DNA of 63,233 nt, filler included, from Trichomonas gallinae (lineage: Eukaryota): NCBI GenBank assembly GCA_008369845.1. It is 5 parts of 5 records of this genome, joined end to end, with 100 filler letters (N's around TTAATTAATTAA, not from the genome) between each part and the next. Parts side by side here need not be neighbours in the genome. Positions count along the whole stretch, not along the records: positions 35,664 to 48,741 come from MRSU01000385.1; positions 48,842 to 56,173 come from MRSU01000386.1; 3 more parts are not named here. The stretch is one strand, 5' to 3'. A model generated the notes under the pieces. That model did no database searches. It was given only the letters and a program-made list of their open reading frames with translations, and was not told where the DNA came from. The translations under genes and the position numbers were made by a program. This document shows, piece by piece, positions 42,584 through 54,455 of the stretch (position 1 is the stretch's first letter; every line of letters starts with the position of its first letter).

Positions 42584-43490
42584 TCAAAAATATCTAATTT
42601 AAATATAATATAAATCAACAACAATTTTTTCTGTAGTTTACGAAAATAACGTAACTTGAAGCAACAATCACTATACTGCAATTTATGTGTTTTTGAGAAG
42701 GTTTCATAATTTTTTTTGTGCAACGCAGATAACTTCTCAAAATACTTCACGGGAGTTGAAATGGGAAATAGCATGATATTTGTAACCTATGTCTTGCAAA
42801 GGTTCTATATTTAATGTTATAAGTGTATTATAATGTTTCTGGCACTTTTCTTCACAAATCTCTACCACATCGATGTCACTTTTTGATGATATTATTTTTA
42901 GATATGTGCAAATAGTAAAATTTTATTTTTGATGTCACCTTTTTATCGAATTTTTATTCTGAAATTAAAATTGCAAAAAATGAAAACTTTGCAAGTGAAA
43001 GCATGCATTTTTTGTATATCAGTATACGAAAAGAATGATTCGATCGATCTTACTACTGGAATGCTTCCATCATACCACAAGTTCACTGCTTTTGTCGTTA
43101 AAAAAGGAGAGATCAAAAATTTGACACATTACATGACAAATTTGGCACGTAAACTTAACTAACGATGGCGTATTTTTATTTTGATATTTTAGGATAAAGA
43201 GATATGGCATTTAAATTTCGGAGTCATATAATATATTTTATATAAGTGTATAATGAATTTATGTGTTGACTTCCTGGTCTTCTCAGTACAACCAAAGAAT
43301 ATTTGAACATATCTCTATTCATAATGAATTATCCATGTTTTCACCACATAACATATTTTTCATATTGTATTATATAATTAATAGAATGCATTAATCTTCA
43401 CATTACAATATAGATCTGCTGATACTTTTGAAAAAAAAACTTTTTCTCTAATAAAAAAATAACTATATTTGCTTATGAAAGAACATATAT

Positions 43491-44456
43491 TTACTCCGGG
43501 AGTGTGCGGCGAAGGACTTCCTTCTGGTTATCGGATAAGTTGCTTGGGAAGGCAATCTTGAACTTGAAGATGATATCACCACGGCGGCCTGTCTTGGAGT
43601 TTGGCATACCCTTACCAGAAACTCTAACATCACCACCTGGAGAAATAATATCCTTAATATCAAGACGAACTGGTTCGCCATCAATACCCATTCTAGTAAC
43701 TGTGTAACCGCAGAGAGCGTGCTTCAACGAGATGATTTCTTCTGTAATGAGATTATCGCCTTCACGGGTGTAAACATCATGTGGCTTCTGCTTGATAACG
43801 AATACAACATCCTGTGCCTGGTAACCTGGGTTCTGGTCACCTTCTCCGTCGAATGTGATTTTAGTTCCTTCCTTCCAGCCTGGTCTAACATCCAACTGGA
43901 GGACCTTCTGGTCATCTCTACCACCAATGCGACGAGTAATCTTCATCTTCTTTGTGCAGCCTGTGTACAACTGCTCGAGTGTTAATGGAAGTTCGATAAC
44001 AAGTGGCTCTGGCTTGCGTGGTCCACGGCGGCCACCCATGCCTCCCATTCCACCCATTCCGCCCATACCTGGACCGAAGTTGAATGAGAATCCATCATCG
44101 TCACCCATTCCACCCATTCCGAATATGTTGCTGAATGGGTTGCCACCACCGAATAAGTTACGGAAGATTTCTTCGGCGTTGCCTTGGGTGAATGTATATC
44201 CACCTGGGAAGCCACCGCCACCGCCACCAGCCTTAAGACCTTCTTCACCGAACTGGTCGTAGATCTTTCTCTTTTCTGGATCGCTCAAGACATCGTATGC
44301 TTCTGAGATTTCCTGGAATTTTGCTTTAGCGACTTCCTCGTTATCTTTATTTTTATCTGGGTGCCACTGCATGGCGAGCTTCCTGTAAGCGCGCTTGAGT
44401 TCTGTGGCGTCGGCGTTCTTGGAAACACCAAGTATGTCGTAGTAGTTTTTACCCAT
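43491..44456 (-). CDS. Class B J-domain protein (Sis1/DNAJB-like Hsp40)
   Basis: J domain with HPD, G/F and GGM-rich linker, [21 protein letters not shown]; no zinc finger. Confidence 0.95.
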   Translation of the reverse strand: MGKNYYDILGVSKNADATELKRAYRKLAMQWHPDKNKDNEEVAKAKFQEISEAYDVLSDPEKRKIYDQFGEEGLKAGGGGGGFPGGYTFTQGNAEEIFRNLFGGGNPFSNIFGMGGMGDDDGFSFNFGPGMGGMGGMGGMGGRRGPRKPEPLVIELPLTLEQLYTGCTKKMKITRRIGGRDDQKVLQLDVRPGWKEGTKITFDGEGDQNPGYQAQDVVFVIKQKPHDVYTREGDNLITEEIISLKHALCGYTVTRMGIDGEPVRLDIKDIISPGGDVRVSGKGMPNSKTGRRGDIIFKFKIAFPSNLSDNQKEVLRRTLPE

Positions 44457-45383
44457 TTTGATTTGTGATATAAATTTTTTTATCGCTCACTTTTTTTCAT
44501 CACTAAAATGTTCGGCCAAGCTGGGCATTCAATTTATAAGTGTTCAGATCATTCGTGGAAAATTTTCCGCTGTGTTTCTACGGTAATTGGGCCTAATCTG
44601 TTGTATGGGTGGTGCTCGTATTAGAATTTACATTATTCGATTTTATTTCGAAAATGAGATTTACAATATGCATTTTTTGTTCGTGGTTTGTGTTATATGG
44701 GTGATTTTTGTATATAATTTTATGTTTAGAATTGTTAAATTTTAAAATTAATGCTCCCCCTCATTTGAAAATTTTATTAAATACCATCCCCTCAAATATC
44801 TATTAAAATCAAGTTAAGAGGAAAATAATTATCTATGATATATAAACATGAAAATTTAATATGAATTTACATTTTTGCATTCTAAATTAATGAAATTAAT
44901 TATCTTATTAAATGCTTGATATTGCTGAATTCAATTTCTCCTAAAAATCTATATGTATATCATTAGAAACGTATAATAATCACAATCATCAATTTTTTAA
45001 ATTTTGAAAATTCTTATTATGTTCTTTTTATATATGTAAAACAGCAGTATACACATGAAAAATGAGTTTCATGTAAGCTGAAATGCAATTATCCATAATA
45101 TTAAAATATCGGGATAATGAACAATGATAGATGGTATTTTCCTTTTAAAGATCATTTGTATTGTTACATTTGAATATATTGGTCATTAACTTATCTATTA
45201 ATTTATACGTAAACAAAATTTCATAAATATTTTTAACAACAAGATGTTTCTGATATATAAACAATCGTCATTTAAAGATATGGTGATTCTAGTATGTTAT
45301 GTGAAATAAGATTTTGCAAATTATAAAAAAAAACACATTTAATACAAATTGTATATATGGATAATTACAAATTATTCCATTGA

Positions 45384-46298
45384 TCAATGGGCTAACAATT
45401 CACAAAGTGCATCGAAATCCGCCCATTTCTTATCATTTTGCGCATTCCTCTGATGTTCAGCGCTGCAGCGATGCGCTTCTGCATTTTTGAATGATATGTT
45501 GCATAACTCGCAGTATCCATCATCCGATGGACCTGTCTGAACGCACAGCCCTTCTATCTTTTGCTTTGATAAGTTGGCGTATTTCTGAAGGAGCTGTGTT
45601 GGATCCTTTGGTGGCTGTGTAAACGGTGTGAAATAGTAGCCGCGAGGTACTTCACATGTATAAAGCTGAGGCATCTTAGTTGTTGGCTTGAAAAATGGTT
45701 TATAAGTACTTTTTTCATCGGCAACAACAATTCCAACGAACTGTTCTACTGACTCTTGTATCTCAACAGCAGCTTGTCCTTTCACAGGATCAATATATTG
45801 CTTAGATACGAGCGCCCATGGAATTTGTGCGAGAAGGATAACTTGTGGGCTTTTCAATGGCATCTTGGTAGACTGAGCAGCAAGTAAATTACCTCTGCTC
45901 CTGGCAAAGCTGTTAAGTTGTGGTGAAATCAATCGTATTGGCTTTTCTGATACGACAGCATCTATAGCTGGGAATGTATCTGGGCATAGGACAGCCCCAA
46001 TAGTACTAAGACAAGATGACACCTGCTGCTTCACAGCTATATCCTGAATTCTAATGTTAACTTTGAGTCCGTGAAATGAATTTGGGTGAAGAATTCCTAA
46101 GACCTCTTTTGAATGTTGTGCTGGATTCTCTTGTACGTTTGTTATTTCTATCTTATTATTAGAAATTTCTGGATTAGTGAAATCAATTCTCTGTATCTTG
46201 AGTTTTGGCTTGAGATTGTTATCAGAAGTGGGAGAATGGTGCCTTGAGCTAATGTCCCTTGTTCGGATATCGAAAAGAGAAATCACTGGCTCAATCAT
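45384..46298 (-). CDS. DBF4: Dbf4/ASK-like regulatory subunit of Cdc7 kinase
   Basis: BRCT-like motif N (FHGLKV...IGA...IDAVVSEK, SRGNLL), motif M (IVVADEKSTYKPF), motif C zinc finger GYCELC..F....H..S.EH. Confidence 0.75.
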   Translation of the reverse strand: MIEPVISLFDIRTRDISSRHHSPTSDNNLKPKLKIQRIDFTNPEISNNKIEITNVQENPAQHSKEVLGILHPNSFHGLKVNIRIQDIAVKQQVSSCLSTIGAVLCPDTFPAIDAVVSEKPIRLISPQLNSFARSRGNLLAAQSTKMPLKSPQVILLAQIPWALVSKQYIDPVKGQAAVEIQESVEQFVGIVVADEKSTYKPFFKPTTKMPQLYTCEVPRGYYFTPFTQPPKDPTQLLQKYANLSKQKIEGLCVQTGPSDDGYCELCNISFKNAEAHRCSAEHQRNAQNDKKWADFDALCELLAH

Positions 46299-47841
46299 TC
46301 AGGGTTCCTCAGTCCAGATAATTTTGGCGGGGTTTTTAAAAGTGACAAAATATATTATGGCAAAACCGTAATTAAATTATAGCAAGCTTTCTAGCAATGC
46401 TTGAGCCTTAATATTTCTACTTAATGATCTCTATATGAACCTAAGTTTAATTATTCATTTATTAAGATTTTTGTTGATAACATTTGGAGTTGTGAGTATA
46501 GATTCCTTTAATTTCTTATTTATCCATTTGTTTTACAAATGAACTATCTCTGTACTTAAATAATGGTACTGATACTTTGAAAAGTAGATAGTTACGTATA
46601 ACATTACAAATTGGAATATATAATTTAAACATATTTGTTATTAGCCCGTATACATTCTGTTTTGTGTAAGTTTTAACAAACATTGGTACTAAATGGATGA
46701 TAGGTTTCCAGTCATTTTGGTTATGGAGGAAGATATGTTTATGGAAAAGAGTCATTTATCATATGTATATTTGATCATTGTATGAAAAATTTTGAAGATA
46801 ATGTAGGTTTGCGTGTTGATAGCTCCAAATTCAAGTTGAAAGAACTTGAAATTGAGCAAAATTGATAGTAATGATTAAGTAATATATCCTGAGTAATGTG
46901 TACTATCTAGTTAATCGGTAATTTTTATACAAATTGAGCGAAATAATGGTTTTTTAAATAAGAATGAAAATTGTTGACGATCTTTAGCAGTAAGCATTCA
47001 TTTTGCGATTGTAAAATGATGCGGTATCGTGTGATAGCCGACATATGTGATTCTCTCTGATGATATTCGAAGCTCGAATTTCGAATGATCATCGAATGTC
47101 TGGAAACAATTAATCGAAATTATGTTCATTTTTCGAAAAAATAATTTTTTCTCGAAAAAATTAATGCTTAAACAGAGAAAAGGAATAATAAAAGAAACAT
47201 AGCTTTAGATCAGAAATCAATATATCATAATGATGTTTGCTAAATCTAAATATTCAAAAATATCAGTATTTGAAAAATGTAATTTAGAAACAATTTCGTT
47301 CGGTTTTGGGCTTACAAAATGCTACTACAGCATATGCATTATTCTCTGACAGATCTATATTAATATCGAGGATAATTGAATTTTGAATTGAATGAGCACT
47401 AAACATGTTCCTTTGTGATTTGAAGTGGTATTGCATAGTTAATGCTAAATCAGAGGAATTTACGGAATGATTGTTTATGTAATTTGAAATAATATTTCAA
47501 GACATCGGAATGGAGTCATCCTTATAAATCTCTTGAGGGCAATTATCAGCATGAAATCGCAGCAATGTTCATTTTTAAGTACGAAAAACAATTCTCACAG
47601 ATATATATGCCCAATTGATCTTTATCTATTATTAGTTTACATGTCAAAATCTCATTAAATCTGACATTATAATTAAATTTATAAAATATCATCGTTACCA
47701 CTAAAGATATAATAAAATTTTGAATTATAAAAATTGAAAGCATTTTATCAATTGTGAGATCATTTAAAAACAATATGTATAATGGATAGACAATAAACAA
47801 ATCTACACAATTTTGATTCGTAGACAATTATAAAAGTGTCA

Positions 47842-48240
47842 ATGTTATCTCAGTTCTTCCGCAACTTTGCTTCAGCTAAGCCAGCCTTTGACTTGACATC
47901 AGCTGCTGCGGCACAGATCAAGAAACTCCTCAAGGGTGATTTCGAGAACAAAATGCTCAGAATTGGCCTTAAATCAGGCGGATGCGCAGGCTTTCAGTAC
48001 GATTTCAGCTTCGATACAGCTGCCAGACAGGGAGACCACCTATTCAAGAAGGATGGTGCCCAGGTTGTCCTCGATTCTAAGGCTATGCTCTACTTGAGAA
48101 ACTCTTACCTTGATTTCAAGGCTGATAAGTTCTCATCCACATTCCAGATCGTTCTTCCAACAGAGTCCAACTTGCACTCTTGCTCATGCGGCAAATCAGT
48201 TGGTGGCGATGCCGATCACGGTGAATGCGGACATCATTAA
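47842..48240 (+). CDS. iscA: A-type Fe-S cluster carrier IscA with hydrogenosomal presequence
   Basis: LTSAA, LRIG..GGCAGFQY, CSCGKS; N-terminus MLSQFFRNFA. Confidence 0.93.
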   Translation: MLSQFFRNFASAKPAFDLTSAAAAQIKKLLKGDFENKMLRIGLKSGGCAGFQYDFSFDTAARQGDHLFKKDGAQVVLDSKAMLYLRNSYLDFKADKFSSTFQIVLPTESNLHSCSCGKSVGGDADHGECGHH

Positions 48241-48666
48241 ACCCTATTAGTACATTATAAAGTATACTGATCTTATTTACTTTAATTTTTTACAAAAATA
48301 CTTTAATTCGTTAATCAGTCATCATCAATTTAATTGCTTATCGGTCATCAATTGATTGACTATACTCTATGGATACATATTAATATTAAAATATTATAGT
48401 TCCTATCTATATGGTTATTTTTTTTTGAGATAAGTAATATAAAGACATTACAAAATCTGTGGGTTACAAAAACTTCCAAGACGCCTTTCTCCTGTTAAAG
48501 TTCATATGAGTTAAGGGTGCACCCTTAACAAGGAATAGAAAATACAGTGAATGCAGAATATGACATGTAAATTAAAGAATATGTCAATTTTCGATGTAAA
48601 GTTCTGAATTTGCATTAAAAATTTAGAAAATTATATTATATCTATAATAAAATTTAATTTCGTAAA

Positions 48667-48740
48667 GCCTGTGTAGCTCAACCGGATAGAGCATAAGACT
48701 CTTAATCTTGGGGTTGCGGGTTCGAGTCCCGCCACTGGCT
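48667..48740 (+). tRNA. tRNA-Lys(CTT)
   Basis: D-arm GCTC/GAGC, anticodon arm TAAGA-CT CTT AA-TCTTG, T-arm GCGGG-TTCGAGT-CCCGC, acceptor GCCTGTG/CACTGGC. Confidence 0.9.
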
Positions 48741-48741
48741 A

Positions 48742-48841
48742 NNNNNNNNNNNNNNNNNNNNNNNNNNNNNNNNNNNNNNNNNNNNTTAATTAATTAANNN
48801 NNNNNNNNNNNNNNNNNNNNNNNNNNNNNNNNNNNNNNNNN
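48742..48841. other. Artificial contig linker
   Basis: N44-TTAATTAATTAA-N44. Confidence 0.98.
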
Positions 48842-49477
48842 GAGCCAGCTGCCATCAGATTCTACCAAAGTGGACTTGGCAGATTCCTTTGGGCTGTCTG
48901 CTCAATTCTCGGATATCAGTCTGCTTTCGAAACATACTGGGCATCAACAGGCGAACGCATGAAGTTAACACTCGTCAAGAGCATCTCCGGCAAGAAGGAA
49001 ACATACCGCTGCCCATTCTACATGGAAGACCATCAGGCCGCCTCTTCTACATTCAGAACAGATGGCGGAGCCTACAGCATTAACGACTGCCTCATGAACA
49101 CTTTCAACACACAGGTCCTCGACCCAGCATGGCTCCAGGATCTCCCACCAATTTCTCAAGTCCAGGAACAGTATCCACAAGGTGTCGATCCATCAACACA
49201 GCCGGACTGGGTACCACCACCTGGCTACACACCACCACCAGCTGGTTATGCTCCACCACCAGCACCAGATTCACCTTACCAACCATCATCGCAACCCTAC
49301 CAACCACCTCCACAAGGATATCAACCTCCACCACCAGGCTACCAGCCATATCCTGTTCCACCGCCACAGCAAGGATACGCACCGCAACCAGGTTACGCTC
49401 CACAACCAGGCTATGCACCACAGCCAGGGTATCAACCACAACAATCAGGATATCCACCAGGTCAGTATCCGAAGTAA
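48842..49477 (+). CDS. 3' part of an XYPPX-repeat membrane protein (5' end lost in the gap)
   Basis: Frame open from the contig edge (EPAAIRFYQSGLGRFLWAVCSILGY...); tail of GYxPPP and GYAPQP repeats; stop TAAA. Confidence 0.85.
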   Translation, partial: EPAAIRFYQSGLGRFLWAVCSILGYQSAFETYWASTGERMKLTLVKSISGKKETYRCPFYMEDHQAASSTFRTDGGAYSINDCLMNTFNTQVLDPAWLQDLPPISQVQEQYPQGVDPSTQPDWVPPPGYTPPPAGYAPPPAPDSPYQPSSQPYQPPPQGYQPPPPGYQPYPVPPPQQGYAPQPGYAPQPGYAPQPGYQPQQSGYPPGQYPK

Positions 49478-50091
49478 AAATCAACTCCTTCAGTTTTTTT
49501 AGCTAACAATTATTTTCTCAAAAATTAATAGGTTTAAAGACCAATAGTTAGGTCCCTTGTCACTTTTGTTTAACATCTTTTTTGTATATTATTATTGAAA
49601 AACCTATATTTCCAAATGCCACAATTGAAATCAATCAATACTTCTATATAATCATTAGCATAATGATCCAAGCATGGAGCTTTAATATCAATGAATTCTC
49701 TTGGTATTATCAATAAAAAATAACTCAAACACATTCTTCCAATATATATTGTGACTTCATATGCATTCCATTCAAAGCTATTGTGAATTGCCAACAAGAA
49801 AATAAAGCTTATGATGTCGCTGCATGAATCAAATTCATGCTCAAAATGTTTTGTCAAAAAAAAAAAAAAAAAAAATTTGAACATCAAAACAATGACATTA
49901 AATTTCCACTTTTTGAATATTTGATGTGCTAATGATAAAATCTATCGAGCACCAATTTATGAGTAAAATCCAGATACATTGGAGCCAGTCGGTTTCATTG
50001 ACAAAGGAAAAAATGGACTAATGGACTGATTTTTCGGTAAATTTTTTCCTCAAAAAATTCTATAATTTAATTTTAGTTGTATTTTCATTGT

Positions 50092-52098
50092 ATGATATTC
50101 CTTGATTCCGAGGAGGAATCATATGGTGAGAACGGCTTCTACAGTGATTCTGAGTACGACGTTGAATACGACGAAGCTGAGTCATTAACAGATCAACTAA
50201 TGCGATACAATCAAAACGCTGCGGACCTTTGTATCACAGAATTCACTGTTCCACCCGATATGGATAAGTCAATTCTCGAAAAAATTGAAATAGAAAATTC
50301 ATTTTGGCAAATATCAGAAGAAACCGTAGATGAACTTGCAGTACGGCTTAGACAGTACATATTGAAGAAAAATACAAATCAATTGTTCGTCATCCAGCTT
50401 TTTGATTCAGTTGCGTTAGCAAAACCAAAACTTGTAAAGCCTCTAGGAACTCTTTTAAGTAAAGTTATCGATCTAATACCAATAGATTCCAATTTAATCT
50501 GGGAATCATCGTATTTAGAACGATATTTGGCCTCAATTAATCTTTTAGTTGATAAAAAGGTTTCATATGCACGCAATGGACGCAAATACAGCGAATACTT
50601 GTACCATAGAAGATCATTTGAATACTGTGCTGTCTGGGATGATTTAGAATTATTTCAAGAACTTGAATTACAAGATAATGCACACGAATTAGATTACAAA
50701 TCATATCTAAAGCTTGCTGCACAGTTTGCTTCCGTGAATGTGTTTAAATATCTCGTCAATAGTGTTAAAATCGATATTGATCAAGAAGTATTCAATAATG
50801 CAGTCATTGGAGGTGATTTATTCATAGTAAGGTACTGCCTGAAGTATAATAAGAAGCCACAGAATCCATTGGACAACGCAGTCAAATGTAATAATTTGCA
50901 ACTCGTTGAATGGCTCATTTCAGAGTATAATATACTTCCATCTTTCTTTGCCCCACTGCAGAGACACACATCAACATTCTTTATGGCAATATTGCCTCGA
51001 GCAGAATATGTTCCAGAAATATATATGTCAGCAACTATTGTTGCAGCATTGAAATCGGGATACGATGAAATTGCTATGTATTTGTTAAAACATTATGGCA
51101 CTGCTGAACTCAGATACATGGAAATGACAACTTGGATGTGCACAGGAGGATATGAAGAGTTCATTGATTATTTTCTCAGTCAAGAACTTTCAGATCATGT
51201 TATAAAGAACATTGTAGTGCCATTTTTTGAGAATATTGCGAGCAATCATCCAAATTTAATCGGAAAATACACTTCTCATCCTAAATTCGCTAATTACTTG
51301 CTACAGATTATTGAAGCGGCCACAAATAATGCAAATCTTGCATATTTCTTGCAGAATTCTGATATTGATTTTCAAAATATTTATTTTAATCGACACAAGG
51401 TGGAATTCTATTTGGATTTATATCACAGATCTATCATGAAGAACGAAGACTTTATTAAATTGCTTCAAAATACAAAAGATATATCATTAGATGCATTCAC
51501 CACAGTTTTTTGCCATTTAGCTTGCTACAATCCCGAGCAAGCTAAAATATGGTTCAGATATCCAAATTTTGCGGCCCAAGCAAGTGAAATAGCAATATCA
51601 AGATATAAATTAGTCAATGAAATGATTCAAGCAAACAAATTTGATGAAGAAATCCTGGATTTAGTATATTCACTCCCACTTTTGGCGAAATTCAATCCTC
51701 GAAATTCACCATTTCATTTAATACGTTCAAAAACTGTTAACAAAACATATATTGCGTGCTTGCAACGTGAGAAAAACAAGAATTTGAGGGATTATGCCTC
51801 AAAAACATGCCTGCATTATCTAATTGCATATGAAAAATATTCTTCTGCTGAAAAAATACTAAAAGAAGTTAAAGAGATTGATCCAAACGCGAAGAATAGT
51901 AAGGGAGTGTCACCATTGATCCTTGCAACAATTCATTTTCGCGATAATGATCAAAAACTTCTGAATCTCATTACTTTGATGATTGATGTTGGCGGAAATC
52001 CAAATTTGAAGACTGCCAAAGGTGTTTCGGCATTAGATATCGCTAGAAATACTCGCCGCAAGACAGCTCTTATTCCTTTATTCGAAACTTCACATTAA
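50092..52098 (+). CDS. DUF3447/ankyrin-repeat protein
   Basis: WDDLELF, AAQFASVNVFKYL, AVIGGD..IV motifs; C-terminal ankyrin repeats (G.SPLILA, G.SALDIA). Confidence 0.85.
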   Translation: MIFLDSEEESYGENGFYSDSEYDVEYDEAESLTDQLMRYNQNAADLCITEFTVPPDMDKSILEKIEIENSFWQISEETVDELAVRLRQYILKKNTNQLFVIQLFDSVALAKPKLVKPLGTLLSKVIDLIPIDSNLIWESSYLERYLASINLLVDKKVSYARNGRKYSEYLYHRRSFEYCAVWDDLELFQELELQDNAHELDYKSYLKLAAQFASVNVFKYLVNSVKIDIDQEVFNNAVIGGDLFIVRYCLKYNKKPQNPLDNAVKCNNLQLVEWLISEYNILPSFFAPLQRHTSTFFMAILPRAEYVPEIYMSATIVAALKSGYDEIAMYLLKHYGTAELRYMEMTTWMCTGGYEEFIDYFLSQELSDHVIKNIVVPFFENIASNHPNLIGKYTSHPKFANYLLQIIEAATNNANLAYFLQNSDIDFQNIYFNRHKVEFYLDLYHRSIMKNEDFIKLLQNTKDISLDAFTTVFCHLACYNPEQAKIWFRYPNFAAQASEIAISRYKLVNEMIQANKFDEEILDLVYSLPLLAKFNPRNSPFHLIRSKTVNKTYIACLQREKNKNLRDYASKTCLHYLIAYEKYSSAEKILKEVKEIDPNAKNSKGVSPLILATIHFRDNDQKLLNLITLMIDVGGNPNLKTAKGVSALDIARNTRRKTALIPLFETSH

Positions 52099-53383
52099 CT
52101 GTAGAGACAGTGACAATTCTACAGCTTTGATTTGGGCTTCAAAATTGATTTCAATCTAATTTTTCGATTTTTTTTTCTTCCTAACATAGTAGTATGTGCC
52201 AATGATGCCATGATACAACTGATATGATGTAAAATTATCGAAAAGCATCATGTTTGAATACGAATATGAAAGAAGTGGGACTTCAAATTTTATTTCCATT
52301 CATATATGAAATACGATAGAAATTATATGAATATGATATTGAACGATTGAATTTTGCTTGATTCTATATTTCTTTCGAAGTTCATTCATATTGTTGAATC
52401 TTAAATTCTTTGTAATATGAATCACAAATCTTATCTATATATAACAAAAAAATGCTATTTAGCTATATATAACAGAAAAATGCAATTTACACAATTCATT
52501 ACAAATGTTTTTTAAAACAAGTCACATATTATATATATTGTTGATACACACTTTTAATCATTAATAACTACACTAAAAAGAATTCGAAGCACGTTTAAAA
52601 CTCAGGAAACCACATTTTTTCGAAATGATTCAGATTCAAAAAATTCTGGAAGCCCTGAATCTACTTCTTTGTTCATCCAAATTCCAGCAGACTCGGTAAA
52701 TAAACAAATGACGGCATATGCTTAAATCATGACTATTTTAGATCGAATTAGTGCTATTATCGACTCCATGATATTTTTATATCAACGAATTCGAAGGTCA
52801 TAATTTTTAGCTTCATTTCTGGCAGGATGCGGAATGTATACGATTTGACCGGAGATACTGAGCCATTCATCATTATATTAATTTTGCATAACAAAAATAT
52901 ATATTTCTTCGGTTTAATCAGCATCAAGAGGATTAATTTTGATACTAATTACTGTGATATTAAAATAAACCTATTTCGTATTTTCCTCTCGTATTGAGAG
53001 ATCCAGAACTTTGTTGTTCCAAGCTTTCTTGTTTGAATTTTCTATAAACAAGATCATGTTATTCGTTGGTGTGCTTTCAAAGACTGCAAAAGCCTTAATC
53101 TCCTTTTCTTCTCTTCAGACTCATTCTCTAATATTGACAACGAAACACGATAGTTCAATACAGTTTCAATCCAATAATCATAACAAATTCATTGATTCAA
53201 ACATTGTCTCATGTGAAAGCTTTGATTTATGCTTTAATTTATGATCATCATATGAAATTTTTCTCACAGCATATTAATCATATATATATTACACTTTAAT
53301 GCATATATTAAAGATACTTTAATAATACAGCCCAATTATGCTGATGAAAAACTCGCGAAATGATGAAAAATGAAAAGTGTCAA

Positions 53384-54034
53384 ATGCTTCTTTTGATTGC
53401 CCAAGCTTTGTGCAAAGAAAAATATGGAATATTTAAAGCGCATCATAATGATAAAAACCTAATAATAGATGTTAGCGGTAGTTCTAAGCAGTATATCAAC
53501 GGATCTCTTCAACTAACAAAACCATACTATGCGATTGATCCAAATGATAAAAAATACGACTGGTGCTCGAACTGTGCACGATCGTATGATTCTCAACCAT
53601 GGATTTCTTTCACATTTAAAACTAGAATATTCAAATTCAATTCATATTTCATTAGAGCAGGTTGTTGCTACGAAGATGGATGCTGCTGTGAGTATGACAA
53701 TTACGGATGCGTTGATTGCTGCCTTTACAGTTGGAGTTTGCAAATTTCTGAAGATAATCAAACGTGGACTGATGTTCATAGAGTTGATAAGGACTTCGAA
53801 ATGAGGCACTGCAAAGAAAAAACATATACATTGGACAAAGAATATACTTCAAAATATGTTCGAATTATTCAGAATGAAAATTGCCCAGGATGGCCGCCAT
53901 GCATAGCAATAAATAAGTTGGAATTGTTTGGATCAGCAGGAGAAAGTGATTTTGATGCTGAAGATTTTGTTTCATATCACGATGATGACGATGATGTTAG
54001 TATTATTGGCCATATTTCTAAAAATCACCATTAA
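53384..54034 (+). CDS. Cys-rich F5/8 type C (discoidin)-like secreted protein
   Basis: Short signal, WCS, PWISF, SWSLQISEDNQTW, KYVRIIQ, ELFG; Cys cluster GCCYEDGCCC. Confidence 0.75.
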   Translation: MLLLIAQALCKEKYGIFKAHHNDKNLIIDVSGSSKQYINGSLQLTKPYYAIDPNDKKYDWCSNCARSYDSQPWISFTFKTRIFKFNSYFIRAGCCYEDGCCCEYDNYGCVDCCLYSWSLQISEDNQTWTDVHRVDKDFEMRHCKEKTYTLDKEYTSKYVRIIQNENCPGWPPCIAINKLELFGSAGESDFDAEDFVSYHDDDDDVSIIGHISKNHH

Positions 54035-54455
54035 AACCATTTTGTAACTTATAAAAGCGATTCATTTCTATTTATAATACAAATCGATGAAAAATTAATA
54101 TCTTGAAATGATATATATATAATTTCATAAAAAACAGTTCAATAAACTTATACTTTACCGCATTGTTTAACGGTTTTAAATTGATTGCTTTCAATACTGG
54201 CTAAAATATTTCTCAAAATGAAAAATCATGATTGTGAAAGACAAGAATTGGCCAAACATATTAATTCATGGTAATCTAACTGATTTAATCAAATCGTCCT
54301 AGGCTTTTTACGCTAATTTTTTTTTTATTTCATTATTTTGCTATATCATTGAACATACACATATAAAACTTATAATAACCCAATATATCTTCTCAAATTT
54401 CTCAAATTCATGTATAAAAATATCAACAAATTACAGATTTAATCATAAAAATAGT

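Noticed and set aside
52560..53270. Protein-like minus-strand frame with scattered stops (EKEIKAFAVFES...)
   Set aside because: About ten stops in ~230 codons is not clearly below chance for AT-rich DNA, and no family motif is recognisable; possibly an old relic but unsupported.
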